Source: Candidatus Aquidulcis sp. (GTDB lineage: Bacteria; Chloroflexota; Anaerolineae; UBA4142). Taken from it: a DNA stretch of 64,000 nucleotides. A program made the translations under genes and the position numbers. The stretch lies in NCBI GenBank assembly GCA_020723345.1, contig DYJA01000003.1, positions 12,972 through 76,971 of the forward strand, given 5' to 3'. The notes beneath the pieces were generated by a model. It ran no database searches, was not told where the DNA came from, and saw only the letters and a list, made by a program, of their open reading frames with translations. Positions 35,201 to 46,703 of this stretch are shown here, piece after piece; within the stretch, counting starts at the first letter, position 1; every line of letters begins with the position of its first letter.

Positions 35201-36097
35201 ATGATTATTGACGCGCACACACACCTTTTTTCGCCTGACGTGATCGCGGATCGCGCGCGATACACTCAACGCGATTCCTTTTTCGATTTTCTGTACCGCA
35301 ATCCCAAAGCGCGCATCGTCGGCGCGGCGGAATTGATCGCGGCGATGGACGCGGCGGGCGTCGCCAAATCCATCATCGCGGGCTGGGCTTGGCAGAGCAA
35401 CGATGTTTGCATCGAACAAAACTCGTGGCTGATCGAGATCGCGCGGCAGTACCCGGATCGTCTGCTCGCGCTCTGCACGGTGCAGCCGAATGCCGGCGAC
35501 GCGGCGATCCGCGAGTTTCGACGCTGCATCGAAAATGGAATGGCGGGCGCGGGCGAACTGAACGCGGACGGACAAGGTTTTCGATTGGACGATACCGGCT
35601 TGATGAACCTCGCGCGCGCGGCGATTGAACTGCGCGCGCCGATCATGCTGCACACGAACGAACCGGTCGGACACAATTATCCGGGCAAAGGACAATTGCC
35701 GCTCGCGGCGATCTACGCGCTCGTCAAAGCGCTGCCCGATCTGCGGCTCGTGCTCGCGCATTGGGGCGGCGGCTATCCATTCTACGAACTGATGCCCGAA
35801 GTGCGCGCCGCGTCGCGCAATATTTTTTACGATACCGCCGCGTCGCCGCTGTTGTACGCGCCGCAGATTTTTCGCACTGTCGTCAACATCGTCGGCGCGG
35901 ACAAAGTTTTGTTCGGCAGCGATTTCCCGCTGATCCTTTATCCCAAACGCCAAAAAGAACCCGACATGCAACCATTTCTGGATGAGGCGCGCGGCGTTGG
36001 TTTTTCGGCGGAAGAACGCGCAAAGATTTTGGGAGAGAACGCGGAAAGGGTGTTTGGGCAATCAGTCAATCAGGCAACCGGTCAGTTGGTCAACTAA
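35201..36097 (+). CDS. Amidohydrolase-2 family (TIM-barrel metal-dependent hydrolase)
   Basis: 'MIIDAHTHLF', 'MLHTNEPVG', 'LAHWGGG', 'FGSDFPL'. The C-terminal 'GQSVNQATGQLVN' is encoded by GTCAATC-type heptamers. Confidence 0.85.
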   Translation: MIIDAHTHLFSPDVIADRARYTQRDSFFDFLYRNPKARIVGAAELIAAMDAAGVAKSIIAGWAWQSNDVCIEQNSWLIEIARQYPDRLLALCTVQPNAGDAAIREFRRCIENGMAGAGELNADGQGFRLDDTGLMNLARAAIELRAPIMLHTNEPVGHNYPGKGQLPLAAIYALVKALPDLRLVLAHWGGGYPFYELMPEVRAASRNIFYDTAASPLLYAPQIFRTVVNIVGADKVLFGSDFPLILYPKRQKEPDMQPFLDEARGVGFSAEERAKILGENAERVFGQSVNQATGQLVN

Positions 36098-36132
36098 TTG
36101 ACTGATTGCCTGGTTGACCGATTGACCAATTC
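36058..36132. repeat. Heptamer-repeat hairpin (GTCAATC / GATTGAC family) spanning the amidohydrolase stop
   Basis: CAATCAGTCAATCAGGCAACCGGTCAGTTGGTCAAC taa TTGACTGATTGCCTGGTTGACCGATTGACCAAT. Confidence 0.85.
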
Positions 36133-36202
36133 CAAACATTGCTTTTTCCCAAAGTTTGTCGTAAGATACAGGTGCGGCGATCCCGCAGAAAGGAATGTGC
36201 GT

Positions 36203-36859
36203 ATGTTCAAGCGTTCGTCATTCCGATTCGTTTGCTTGATCGTCATCCTCAGCGCCGCGCTCGTCGGGTGCGGCGGTTCCGCGCCAACGCCCACGCGCGC
36301 GCTCGCGCCGACGATTGTCTTACCCACGATGGGCGCAACGCCAAACCTACCGCCTACCATGCCGCCTCTGCCGACGAACACACTCGCGCCCGCTCCGACG
36401 CTTGCGCCCAGCGTCAAAACCACGCCGACGCGCGCAGCCACCGTACCCGCCGGTTCGATGCGCGTCAAGATTTTCATGATCGCGCAAAACGATGCGGGCA
36501 AACTCGGCAAAAAGATCGGCTGCGATGATAGCGTCGTCGCGGTCGAGCGGATCATTCCGGTGACGAACGCGGTCTTGCGCGCGTCGCTCAACGAATTGCT
36601 CTCCGTGCGCGAGCAGAATTACGGAGAGTCGGGATTGTACAACGCGCTGTACCAGTCCACACTCAAATTAGATGATGTTTCGCTCGTCGCGGGCAGGGCG
36701 ACGATTTATCTTTCGGGCAAAGTGGTGCTGGGCGGCGTGTGCGACAATCCGCGCGTCGACGCGCAGATCAAAGAGACCGCGCTGCAATTTTCGACAGTGC
36801 GCCAAGTCAGCGTCCTGGTCAACAAAATTCCGCTCGAACAAGTTCTTTCGCTGAAGTGA
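36203..36859 (+). CDS. Lipoprotein with a GerMN-like domain
   Basis: Lipobox 'LSAALVGC', Pro/Thr linker, and 'VKIFMI...GCDDSVVAVERIIP...LNELL...GLYNAL'. Confidence 0.65.
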   Translation: MFKRSSFRFVCLIVILSAALVGCGGSAPTPTRALAPTIVLPTMGATPNLPPTMPPLPTNTLAPAPTLAPSVKTTPTRAATVPAGSMRVKIFMIAQNDAGKLGKKIGCDDSVVAVERIIPVTNAVLRASLNELLSVREQNYGESGLYNALYQSTLKLDDVSLVAGRATIYLSGKVVLGGVCDNPRVDAQIKETALQFSTVRQVSVLVNKIPLEQVLSLK

Positions 36860-36947
36860 AATTCCTATTTGTCATTTCGAGCGTAGCGAGGAATCTCAAA
36901 TCTCGAATCTCCAATTTCCAATCTCTAATCTCTAATACCCAATCTCT

Positions 36948-37598
36948 ATGCTTCTAACTCCCGTCCCTCTCATCCGTCGGCTCGAACTCGCGCTCCTTGC
37001 GCCGCAACTCGCGCGCGCAGAAATCGAAGCGGGCTGCGCGGCGGCAATCCAGTACGACTGCGTCGCCGTCTTCGTCAAACCGCACTATGTCGAAGTGGCG
37101 CGCAAAGCGTTGAAGGAGACGCGCATTTCTGTCGTCTCGGTGATCGGCTTTCCGCACGGCGGCGTGACGACCGCGACGAAGATGTACGAAACGCAAGACT
37201 TGTGCCAACGCGGCGCGGACGAACTCGCGATGATGATCAACCTCGGCGCGCTGCGCGATCACGATGATCTCGCCGTGCGGAACGACATCGCGGGCGTCGT
37301 CAAAACCGCGCGCGGCAAACCAATCACCGTGATTCTCGAAACGCCGCTGTTGACCGACGAAGAAAAAACGCGCGCAGGCAAAATCGCGGAATCCGCCAAA
37401 GCATCGTTCGTCATGACGGCGACCGGATTCGCGCCGAGCCAAATCATCGCCGCCGACGTCCAGTTGTTGCGCGCGACATGCCCCGCTTTGAAAATCCGCG
37501 CCGCCGGCGGAATCGAAACACAAAGCGCCGCGCTGGAAATGATCGGCGCGGGCGCGGAACGTGTGATCGTCAGTGATATTGAAAAGATATTGAACTGA
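36948..37598 (+). CDS. Deoxyribose-phosphate aldolase (DERA/DeoC)-fold protein lacking the catalytic residues
   Basis: Collinear with class I DERA, but 'ADELAMMIN', 'ITVILET', 'SFVMTATGF' and 'KIRAAGGI' replace the canonical 'ADEIDMVIN', 'VKVIIET', 'FVKTSTGF' and 'VKASGGI'. Confidence 0.75.
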   Translation: MLLTPVPLIRRLELALLAPQLARAEIEAGCAAAIQYDCVAVFVKPHYVEVARKALKETRISVVSVIGFPHGGVTTATKMYETQDLCQRGADELAMMINLGALRDHDDLAVRNDIAGVVKTARGKPITVILETPLLTDEEKTRAGKIAESAKASFVMTATGFAPSQIIAADVQLLRATCPALKIRAAGGIETQSAALEMIGAGAERVIVSDIEKILN

Positions 37599-37828
37599 AA
37601 CGATTTGGTTATACTCCTCCCTCCGAAATCCCCGATTGCTTTTCCGACCGCGATAGTCCTAATGGGTAATTGTCGTCGCCGCGACAATCTGTTAAAGTGA
37701 GGACAATCAACCTTGGGCTCGACGCAGAGACCAGGGCATTTTTGACCTACGCGCGTGTACCTTCCGCGTTCGTACTACTCCGGGATTTGCGCTTCTCCAA
37801 AAAGATCGTCGAGAAAAGTGAAAACACG

Positions 37829-40800
37829 ATGCGAAAGAAAAATAAGACGGCTATACAAAGTCCTGCTGCATCGCCTCAGGCGCGTCCGACAATTGGCTAT
37901 CTAGCCCGGACGCTCAACGGAGATAATGATCAAGCGCTGTGGTCTGGCATCACGGATGCGGCGCGCGCGCGCGACTTGAATCTATTCTGTTTTATGGGGC
38001 AATGCCTATTCGATCCGAGAGACTTTCAAGCGCAAGCGAACATTCTGTACGATCTGGCGAACGCGCAGAACGTGAATGGGCTGGTCAGTTGGGCGAGCGC
38101 GATTGGCACGTACGTCGACGCGGCAGCGCAGCGAACTTTCCACGCGCGTTTTCGTCCTCTCCCGGTGGTACCCATCGGCGGGACTATCGAAGGATTTCCC
38201 GGCGTGATGATCGATGGATACACCGGCATGCGCGCGGCGATCGTTCACCTCATCGAAACGCACGAATGTCGTCACATCGCTTTCATCCGTGGACCGGAGA
38301 ATCACACTCAAGCGCAAGAGCGTTATCGCGCCTACGTCGAAACCTTGGAAGCGTATGACTTGCCGTTGGACGCGCGCCTGATCACCCCACCGCAACACTG
38401 GGCGCACAAGACGGGCGTAGACGCAATTCGTCTGCTGCTGGACGAACGAAAATTGCGCCCACACGCTGACTTGGAAGCCCTCGTCGCGCCGAGTGATTTG
38501 ATCCTGGTCGGCGCACTTGAAGAATTGCGCCGACGGGGGATTCAGGTCCCTGAACAAATCGCGGCGGTGGGATTCAACAACAGTCTCCAGAGCCGAGCCA
38601 ACACGCCGCCGATCACTTCGAGCGCGTTGCCGTTTCACAAATTGGGGCATCGCGGAGTCGAGGTATTGGCGGATTCGCTGACGCGGAGCAGTCCCGTCTC
38701 CGAGCAAATGCTCGTGCCTCAACTAGTCATCCGACAGTCGTGTGGTTGTGTGGACTCGGCAATTGTCCAAGCCGCCGTGGTTGATTCGGGCAAAACTGAA
38801 CGCGTCACGTTCGAATCTTGGGTTGCTTCGCAGCGCGAGCAAGTTGCCGCGCGGCTGGCGCGCGCCGTAGATGAAAACGCCAAGGGTGTGACGGCTGGTT
38901 GGGCGGAGCGTCTCTTGGAAGCGTTCGTCGTCGATTTGAAAGACGCGGCGTCCAGTCGTTTTCTGCAAGAACTGAATGACACTCTGCGCCAGGTGATGAC
39001 GGCGGGCGGCGATGTGTCGGCATGGCACAGCGCGGTCTCGGCGCTGCGGCAGCAAGCTGCGCCCTATTTGCAAGGCGCGACATTACAGCGCGCCGAAGAC
39101 CTGTGGCACCAAGCCCGCGTGACTGTCGGCGATGTTGGGCAGCGGATGCAAACACAGAACGCGCTCCAAGCCACGGAACAAGATCGAATTTTGCGTGAGA
39201 TCGAAATTGAACTCCTGACGACACTCGACATCTCCGTGCTGATGGACGTCCTCGCCAAAAATCTGCCCCGGCTGGGAATTCCCAGTTGCTATCTCGCGTT
39301 GTACGAGAATCCGCAGCCATACAATTATCCGCAAGCCGCGCCCGAATGGTCGCGCTTGATGCTGGCATACACCGAGCAAGGTCGAATCGACTTGGAATCC
39401 GGCGGTCGCCGGTTTCGCACGCGCGCGCTGGTGCCGGAGGGACTGCTGCCCGCCAACCGGCAGTACGGTTTTGTCGTCGAACCGCTGTACTTTCAAGATC
39501 ACCAGTTGGGATTTGTATTGTTCGAGATCGGTCCGCGCGACGGCGGAATTTATGAAACGCTCCGCGCGCAACTCAGCAGCGCGTTGAAGAGCGCGCTGTT
39601 GTTACAGGAACGACAACAGGCAGACGAAGCGCTGGCGACCGAACGCAACCTACTGCACGCGCTGCTCGACACGCTCCCTGATTCGGTCTACTTCAAGGAT
39701 GCCGAATCTCGTTTCATTCGCATCAGCAAAGCCAAGGCGCTCCGAAATGGACTGGGCGATCCGGCGCACGCCATCGGCAAGAGCGATTACGACTTTATGG
39801 GCGAAGACCAAGCCCGCGCTTCACAAGCCGACGAGCAAGAGATCATGCGCACGGGCGTCCCCAAGATCAATGCAGAAAGAAAAATTAAACGACTCGATGG
39901 CTCGTACCGTTGGAGTCTGATCACCAAATTGCCGCTGCGCGATCCGGACGGCAACATCGTCGGCACGTTTGGCGTGACGCGCGATATTACCGGGCAGAAG
40001 GAAGCGGAAGAAGCGCTCAAACAAAGCCGCGCCGAAATCGCGCTGGTCACCGACAATGTCCCGGCGCTGATCGCGCACGTCGATTCAACCTTCCACTATT
40101 TGTTTGCGAATAAAGCGTACGCCGAGTGGTTCGGCATGAGTCCGGAGGAAATCGTCGGCAAACACGTGCGCGATGTCATCGGCGAACGCGCCTGGGAAAA
40201 GTCCGCCAAGTTCCTCGCCCAAGTCCTCCACGGAGAACTTGTTACATTTGAGCGCACCGCCGTCTCTCCGACAAAGCAAGAGCGCATTCAAAACGTTTCT
40301 CTAGTACCCCAATTCGATGAGCAAGGATCGGTCTCAGCGTACTTTGCCTTGATCCTGGACGTGACCGAGCGTAAACAATTGGAAGAAACCCTGGCGCAAG
40401 AACGCACGCTCTTGCGATCGATGATCGATAATGTGCCCGATCGCATGTACGCCAAAGACTTGGAGAGCCGTTTTATCATCGGCAATATATCGGTCGTCCG
40501 CCGCATGGGACTGAGCAGACCGGACGAAGTCATCGGTAAAACGGATTTCGATTTTCTGCCGCGAGAGACCGCCGCGCGCTTTCGCGCGGATGAACTTGCG
40601 ATCATGCAGTCGGGGCAGCCGATGATCAATCGCGAAGAACCACTCGAGCAAGTGGACGGCATCGTCACGCGTTGGAATCTGGCGACCAAGGTTCCGCTCC
40701 GCGATAGCCAAGGCAACATCATCGGAATCGTGGGCGTAGGGCGCGAAATCACCGAGCTCAAACGGGCGGAAAAAGAATTACGTCAGGCAAAAGAAACAGC

Positions 40801-43042
40801 GGAGCAAGCCACGCGCGCCAAGAGCGAATTCCTCGCCAACATGAGTCACGAAATTCGCACGCCGATGAACGCGATTGTCGGACTAAGCCACCTCGCGCTC
40901 AAGACCGAACTATCCGCCAAACAGCGCGATTATCTGAACAAGATTCAATCCTCCGCGCACGCCTTGCTGGGATTGCTCAACGACATTCTGGATTTTTCCA
41001 AAATCGAGGCGGGCAAACTCGAAATCGAAAAGACGCGTTTCCATTTCGATCAAGTGTTGAACACCGTGGCAAACGTGGTCACTTTCAAAGTGCAGGAAAA
41101 GGGGTTGGAAATTTTCTTTCGAACCGCGCCGGATGTGCCGATGGAATTGATCGGCGATCCGCTGCGCTTGGGGCAGGTGCTCATCAACTTGGTGGGCAAC
41201 GCGGTCAAGTTCACCGAAAAAGGCGAGATCATCGTTTCGACCGAGTTAGTCTCCCGGCAAGATTCGCAAGTTGAACTCCGCTTTGCCGTGCGCGATACCG
41301 GAATCGGAATGACCGAGGAACAGCGCGCCAAATTGTTCCAGCCGTTTATCCAAGCCGACGGTTCGATGACGCGCAAATATGGCGGCACCGGTCTGGGGCT
41401 CGCGATCAGCAAAGAGTTGGTGGAACGGATGGGTGGAACGATCGGCGTCGAAAGCACACCCGGCGTCGGCAGTACGTTTTACTTCACCGGCATCCTGGGC
41501 GCGCAACCGGAGGCGACGACCAAAAGGTACCGGCTCCCCATCGACTTGCGCGGCAAACGCGTGCTGGTCGCGGATGATAATCCAACGGCGCAGGATATTC
41601 TCAAAGCCATGCTGACAAATATGTCGTTCGACGTAACCACCGTGGCGTCGGGGCACGCGGCACTGCAAGAACTGGAGAGCCAATCCTACGATCTCGTGAT
41701 CCTCGATTGGCGCATGCCCGGCATGGACGGCATCGAAACCGCGCGGCGGATCAAAGCCCGCCTGCACGCGCTCAACGCGCCGAAGATTTTCATGGTCACG
41801 GCTTATGGACGCGAAGAAGCGATCAGTCAAGCGGACAAATTGGGTTTGGATGGTTTTCTGATCAAACCAATCAGCGATTCGATCCTCTTCGATACGGTCA
41901 TGGAAACCTTCGGGCGCGACCGGAAACGACCCGCCGATTCAGTCGGCGCAACCTGCCCGCTGCCCAAAGCAACTACGGCAGTGGCGGGCGCGCGCGTGCT
42001 CGTGGCGGAAGACAACGAGATCAACCAGCAAGTCGCGCGCGAAATTCTGGAAGGGTTTGGCTTGAACGTGGAAATCGCCAACAATGGCAGACTGGCAGCC
42101 GATACGCTGGCGGCAAACCCAGATCGCTTCGACGCCGTGCTCATGGACTTGCAAATGCCGGAGATGGATGGCTACGAAGCGACGCGCGTCATTCGCGCGC
42201 GCGCGAATGGCAAAACTTTGCCTATTATCGCGATGACCGCCCACGCGCTATCGAGCGAGCGACAACACTGTCTCGATGCCGGGATGAACGATTATGTCTC
42301 CAAACCGGTCGATCCGGATCTCTTGTTGGAAACCTTGTCGCGTTGGATCACGCCACAACCGGAGCAACTAATTATGATCCCACACACCAAACCGGAACCC
42401 GCGCCGGACGCGGCGGCGCTGCCCGAAGCGCTGCCGGGCATTCAAGTGCGCGACGCGCTCAAGCGCACGATGGGCAATCAGCAGTTGCTCGTGGAACTCC
42501 TCGGCGATTTTCGCCGCACGTACTCCGACGCGCCAGAACAAATTCGCCAACTCCTCGCGCGCGCGGATAACACCCCGGCGCGTCGCCTCGCGCATAGCGT
42601 GAAAGGCGTTGCGGCAAATCTCTCGATGCCCCAAGTGTTCGCCGCGGCGCGAGATTTGGAAGCGGCAATTCAGCAAAGCGATCAAACTCGCATCGCCGCC
42701 GAGTTGGAAAATTTGGAGCACGCGCTCAAGCCGGTGAGCGAATCCATCGCGCAACTTGTCGCCCAGCCAGCGTCCGCCGAGCCAACCCGCGCGCCGGCTC
42801 CCGCGCCGCTAGACCGCGCGCGGCTACGTCCGATCCTCGCAGAACTCGATACGCTGCTCAAGCGAAATAGTCTGAGCGCGCGCAAGCAATTTGGTCTGCT
42901 GAAAGAACAACTCAACGGCGCAGGCGGCGAAATCCAAGCGCAGATGGAACACTTGGAAACGTGCCTGGCGCGATTGGAGTTTAAGCCAGCCCAGGAACAT
43001 CTCGCCGCCATAGAAACGGCGCTCGACGCGAGGCCGGCTTGA
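37829..43042 (+). CDS. Soluble hybrid sensor histidine kinase: LacI-type periplasmic-binding-fold domain, uncharacterised region, 4 PAS, HisKA-HATPase, 2 REC, HPt
   Basis: N-terminus '[21 protein letters not shown]...VGFNNS'. H-box '[14 protein letters not shown]'. 'GGTGLGLAI'. REC '[11 protein letters not shown]' and '[11 protein letters not shown]'. HPt '[11 protein letters not shown]'. No obvious TM helix. Confidence 0.9.
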   Translation: MRKKNKTAIQSPAASPQARPTIGYLARTLNGDNDQALWSGITDAARARDLNLFCFMGQCLFDPRDFQAQANILYDLANAQNVNGLVSWASAIGTYVDAAAQRTFHARFRPLPVVPIGGTIEGFPGVMIDGYTGMRAAIVHLIETHECRHIAFIRGPENHTQAQERYRAYVETLEAYDLPLDARLITPPQHWAHKTGVDAIRLLLDERKLRPHADLEALVAPSDLILVGALEELRRRGIQVPEQIAAVGFNNSLQSRANTPPITSSALPFHKLGHRGVEVLADSLTRSSPVSEQMLVPQLVIRQSCGCVDSAIVQAAVVDSGKTERVTFESWVASQREQVAARLARAVDENAKGVTAGWAERLLEAFVVDLKDAASSRFLQELNDTLRQVMTAGGDVSAWHSAVSALRQQAAPYLQGATLQRAEDLWHQARVTVGDVGQRMQTQNALQATEQDRILREIEIELLTTLDISVLMDVLAKNLPRLGIPSCYLALYENPQPYNYPQAAPEWSRLMLAYTEQGRIDLESGGRRFRTRALVPEGLLPANRQYGFVVEPLYFQDHQLGFVLFEIGPRDGGIYETLRAQLSSALKSALLLQERQQADEALATERNLLHALLDTLPDSVYFKDAESRFIRISKAKALRNGLGDPAHAIGKSDYDFMGEDQARASQADEQEIMRTGVPKINAERKIKRLDGSYRWSLITKLPLRDPDGNIVGTFGVTRDITGQKEAEEALKQSRAEIALVTDNVPALIAHVDSTFHYLFANKAYAEWFGMSPEEIVGKHVRDVIGERAWEKSAKFLAQVLHGELVTFERTAVSPTKQERIQNVSLVPQFDEQGSVSAYFALILDVTERKQLEETLAQERTLLRSMIDNVPDRMYAKDLESRFIIGNISVVRRMGLSRPDEVIGKTDFDFLPRETAARFRADELAIMQSGQPMINREEPLEQVDGIVTRWNLATKVPLRDSQGNIIGIVGVGREITELKRAEKELRQAKETAEQATRAKSEFLANMSHEIRTPMNAIVGLSHLALKTELSAKQRDYLNKIQSSAHALLGLLNDILDFSKIEAGKLEIEKTRFHFDQVLNTVANVVTFKVQEKGLEIFFRTAPDVPMELIGDPLRLGQVLINLVGNAVKFTEKGEIIVSTELVSRQDSQVELRFAVRDTGIGMTEEQRAKLFQPFIQADGSMTRKYGGTGLGLAISKELVERMGGTIGVESTPGVGSTFYFTGILGAQPEATTKRYRLPIDLRGKRVLVADDNPTAQDILKAMLTNMSFDVTTVASGHAALQELESQSYDLVILDWRMPGMDGIETARRIKARLHALNAPKIFMVTAYGREEAISQADKLGLDGFLIKPISDSILFDTVMETFGRDRKRPADSVGATCPLPKATTAVAGARVLVAEDNEINQQVAREILEGFGLNVEIANNGRLAADTLAANPDRFDAVLMDLQMPEMDGYEATRVIRARANGKTLPIIAMTAHALSSERQHCLDAGMNDYVSKPVDPDLLLETLSRWITPQPEQLIMIPHTKPEPAPDAAALPEALPGIQVRDALKRTMGNQQLLVELLGDFRRTYSDAPEQIRQLLARADNTPARRLAHSVKGVAANLSMPQVFAAARDLEAAIQQSDQTRIAAELENLEHALKPVSESIAQLVAQPASAEPTRAPAPAPLDRARLRPILAELDTLLKRNSLSARKQFGLLKEQLNGAGGEIQAQMEHLETCLARLEFKPAQEHLAAIETALDARPA

Positions 43043-43054
43043 GCGGAGGATGGG

Positions 43055-43972
43055 ATGGACGCGCCTAAACAGACCATTCTGATCGTCGATGATACTCCGA
43101 CGAATATTGAGATTCTCAGCGAAACACTCGGCGGCACGTACGAAATTCTCTTCGCGACAAATGGACCCGAGGCGTTGAACATCGCCTTCGATCAGAGTCC
43201 CGATTTGATTTTGCTCGACGTCATGATGCCGGAAATGGATGGCTACGCGGTCTGCAAGCAACTCAAACAAGACGCGCGCACGCGCGGCATCCCCATCATT
43301 TTCGTTACCGCGCTGGATCAAGAAGACGACGAAACCAAAGGGCTGGGCTTGGGTGCGATCGACTATGTCACCAAACCCATTCGACCGGCGATTGTCCAAG
43401 CGCGCGTCCGCAATCATCTGGAACTAAAACGCTATCATGATTTTCTAGAAACTCTCTCCGCGACCGACGGCTTGACCGGCATTGCCAATCGCCGCCGGTT
43501 TGACGAATGCTTGGCAATCGAATGGCGTAGAGCGAGACGCAACCAGACTCCGTTGTCGCTCATTCTCCTGGACATCGACATGTTCAAAGCATACAACGAT
43601 CACTACGGTCATCTGGCGGGCGATGATTGCCTGCGCCAACTGGCGCGCACTCTCTCTCAATGCGCACAACGATCGTCTGACCTGGTTGCGCGATATGGCG
43701 GCGAAGAATTTGCCTGCCTCTTACCCGATACCGCCCTTGACGGCGCAGCGCAAGTCGCCGAACGAATACGAACGAACTTGAACAGTCTGAATATCCCGCA
43801 CGCATTTTCTCCGGTGGCTGATTACGTCACGGTGAGTCTCGGCGTCGCAACCATGATTCCGCTGGCAGGACAGCCGCTCTTCGATCTGATTCGACGCGCG
43901 GATGAATGTCTCTACATCGCCAAACGAAATGGACGCAACCAAATCAAGAGTGGCGCGGAAGAAGTCGTTTGA
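43055..43972 (+). CDS. Response regulator-diguanylate cyclase (REC-GGDEF, active-site GGEEF)
   Basis: 'ILLDVMMPEMDG', 'DGLTGIANRR', 'RYGGEEFACLL'. Confidence 0.9.
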   Translation: MDAPKQTILIVDDTPTNIEILSETLGGTYEILFATNGPEALNIAFDQSPDLILLDVMMPEMDGYAVCKQLKQDARTRGIPIIFVTALDQEDDETKGLGLGAIDYVTKPIRPAIVQARVRNHLELKRYHDFLETLSATDGLTGIANRRRFDECLAIEWRRARRNQTPLSLILLDIDMFKAYNDHYGHLAGDDCLRQLARTLSQCAQRSSDLVARYGGEEFACLLPDTALDGAAQVAERIRTNLNSLNIPHAFSPVADYVTVSLGVATMIPLAGQPLFDLIRRADECLYIAKRNGRNQIKSGAEEVV

Positions 43973-43994
43973 GTGCTCGCGCCGCTTCCACACA

Positions 43995-44034
43995 GACCCT
44001 TCGGGTTTCCGAAAACCTGAAGGGTCTTGTTTTG
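43995..44034 (+). terminator. Rho-independent terminator
   Basis: GACCCTTCGGGTTT/AAACCTGAAGGGTC stem (14 bp, 1 mismatch) followed by TTGTTTTG. Confidence 0.75.
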
Positions 44035-44100
44035 ATGGAACTATTTTTGCGCGGCAAGCGTCTGATAGACGACATCGAAAACAAACCAAGGAGGTTCCCA

Positions 44101-45578
44101 TGATTTCCCGCAAGTATTACCTGGTCGCGATCAGTTTTGCGTTCCTCGCGTTGCTCGCGCTGACGATTGGCTGTCAGGGCAGCAATCCACTCGGCGCGCG
44201 CAACACGCCCGCCGCGTACGCCAAGAGCGGCGGCGTCGACATCACCGTCTACAATCAAAACATGGCGCTCGTCAAAGACAAGCGCGTCCTCGCGCTGAAA
44301 GCGGGCATGAACGAAGTCCGCTTTACCGACGTCGCGTCGCAGATCGATCCGACGAGCGTGCAATTCACCTCGCTGACGGACCCGACCGGCACGCGCGTCC
44401 TCGAACAGAATTACGCATACGACATCGTCGGCTCGAAAAAGATTCTGGAAAAGTACCTCGATCAAAACATCGCGCTCGTGACCGAAGATGGATCCAAGTA
44501 CAGCGGCAAATTGCTGAGCGGTTCGGACGACATCATCCTGCAAAGCGACGACGGTCAAGTCACGACGGTGAAACTTGCGCGCGTGCGCGAATTGAAATTC
44601 CCCAACTTGCCCGGCGGTCTCATCACCAAGCCGACGCTGATCTGGCTCGTCAATTCGTCGAAGGAAGGCAACCACGATACCCAGGTCACGTACATGACGA
44701 ACGGCATCAACTGGAAAGCGAATTACGTCGTCGTCACAAACAAGGACGACACCGCGATGAACCTGAACGGCTGGGTGACGATTGACAATCAGAGCGGCGC
44801 GACGTACGAAGACGCGAACCTCAAACTCGTCGCGGGCGACGTGCGGCGCGTGACGCCGGTTCCCGCCGCGCGCGACGGCTACGCGCTTCCGACTGCACCC
44901 GCCGCCAAAGCCGCCGAAGCGCAATTCGTCCAGCAAGATATTTTCGAGTACAAACTATACTCGCTGCAACGCGCGACGACGATCCGCAATCGCGAGACCA
45001 AGCAGATCGAATTCACGAATGCGACAGGCACACCGATCACCAAACTGTTCGTCTACGACGGCGCGAAATCGCTGCGGTTCTACGGCTATCCAATCACCGA
45101 CGCGAATTACGGCAAGACGAGCGACACCAAAGTCGCGGTGATGATCGAGTTCAAGAACAGCGAGCAAAACAAACTCGGCATGCCGCTGCCGAAAGGGACG
45201 ATTCGCGTTTACAAAGCCGACGCCGACGGGAGCAATCAATTCATCGGCGAGGACAACATCGATCACACGCCGAAAGACGAAATGATTCGGCTGAACATCG
45301 GTAACGCGTTCGACGTGGTCGGCGAGCGCAAGCAGACGAATTTCACCAAGATCAGCGACCGCGTGTTCGAAGAGACGTACGAGATCAAACTGCGCAATCA
45401 CAAAAAGGAAGCGGTCGAAGTGCGTGTGGTCGAACATCTCTTCCGCTGGTCGAACTGGCAAATCCTGAAATCGAACCAGGATTACACCAAAACCGACGCG
45501 CAGACGATGGAATTCCGCGTGAACGTCAAACCCGACGGCGAGAGCGTGGTGAATTATACAGTGCGGTACTCGTGGTAA
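44101..45578 (+). CDS. DUF4139-like lipoprotein
   Basis: Lipobox 'LALTIGC'. 'DITVYNQNMALVKDKR...EVRFTDVASQIDPTSVQF...' is the DUF4140/DUF4139 pattern as recalled. Confidence 0.7.
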
Positions 45579-45582
45579 AAAT

Positions 45583-45690
45583 TCCGACCGCCGACGGCTG
45601 ACTGCTGATCGCCGCTCCTTCGACTGCGCTGCACTCCACTCAGGATGCTGCGGTCTGCGGTCGGTGGTCGGCGGTCTTTGCATTTTCCTC
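45583..45690. repeat. Composite element: heptamer arms (ACNGCYG / CGGYGGT) around a CCTTCGAC-family core
   Basis: CCGACCGCCGACGGCTGACTGCTGATCGCCG - CTCCTTCGACTGCGCTGCACTCCACTCAGGATGC - TGCGGTCTGCGGTCGGTGGTCGGCGGTC. Confidence 0.75.
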
Positions 45691-45712
45691 CAACTTCTGC
45701 TACGATACGCGC

Positions 45713-46444
45713 GTGACCACTGACGACAAAGCCATCACGCTCGGACATCCCTCCTACGTTTGGCGATTTGGACAAGACCGCCGGCTCGATTTGATTCGGC
45801 GGTACGTCGCGTTGGAAAACGCGCGCGTGCTCGATGTCGGCTGCGGCATCGGCGCGTACGTGGACAAGTTTCGCGCGTCCGGCGCGCGCGCGTTTGGCGT
45901 GGACGTAGATGCGGACAAACTCGCGGACGCGCGCCGCGAAAAGCATCTCGACTTGCTCGCGCTCTCCGTTTCTGAAGCGCTTCCCTTCCCCGACAATTCG
46001 TTCGACGCGGTGCTGCTGCACGAAGTCATCGAGCATGTCGCGGATGATCGCCAGACGATTTGCGAGGCGCACCGCGTTTGCAAACGCGGCGGGCGCGTCG
46101 TCGTCTTCGCGCCGAATCGGCTCTATCCGTTTGAGACGCACGGCGCGTATTTCGGCAAACGGTACGTCTTCGGCAACATTCCCTTCATCGGCTGGCTGCC
46201 CGATTTTCTGCGCGCCAAGTTCGCGCCGCACGTTCGCGCGTACACCGCGCGCGACATCCGCGCGCTCTTCGCCGGACTCGACGGCGCGCTGATCGCACAC
46301 ACACAAATTTATCCGGGCTACGACAAGATCGCGCGGTGGAGCGTGCTGCTAGCACGCTGTTTGCGCGGCGTGACGTACTTTCTGGAAAACACGCCGCTGC
46401 GCGCGTTTGGGTTGTCACATTTTGCAGTGTGGGCAAAGGAGTAA
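45713..46444 (+). CDS. Class I SAM-dependent methyltransferase
   Basis: 'VLDVGCGIGAYV', 'FDAVLLHEVIEHV', 'CKRGGRVVVFAPN'. GTG start. Confidence 0.8.
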   Translation: MTTDDKAITLGHPSYVWRFGQDRRLDLIRRYVALENARVLDVGCGIGAYVDKFRASGARAFGVDVDADKLADARREKHLDLLALSVSEALPFPDNSFDAVLLHEVIEHVADDRQTICEAHRVCKRGGRVVVFAPNRLYPFETHGAYFGKRYVFGNIPFIGWLPDFLRAKFAPHVRAYTARDIRALFAGLDGALIAHTQIYPGYDKIARWSVLLARCLRGVTYFLENTPLRAFGLSHFAVWAKE

Positions 46445-46497
46445 ACAGAAAGAGCTGCAGCGATGCCGGTCTCTTTGGATGTGCGTCAAACTTTTGG

Positions 46498-46624
46498 TTG
46501 AGACCGCCGTCGTTTCAAAACGACGGCTCAACGAGGTGGAAACTCGATGAATCGAGTTGATGCCAATCGGTTTCCAACCGATTTTCACCTCATTGAGACG
46601 CCGAATTCATTCGGCGGCGGTCGC
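46498..46624. repeat. String of short perfect hairpins inside a larger inverted repeat (MITE-like)
   Basis: GAGACCGCCGTCG...CGGCGGCGGTC are the outer arms. Inner hairpins: CCGTCGTTTcaaAACGACGG, AATCGGtttccaACCGATT, CCGAATtcATTCGG. Confidence 0.65.
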
Positions 46625-46703
46625 CCAAAAACTTTTCGCGGATAGCAATTTCGTTCAGATTAGGATATAATGTGGGCGAATGAAATGAAAGGAGTATGAA
46701 TCA

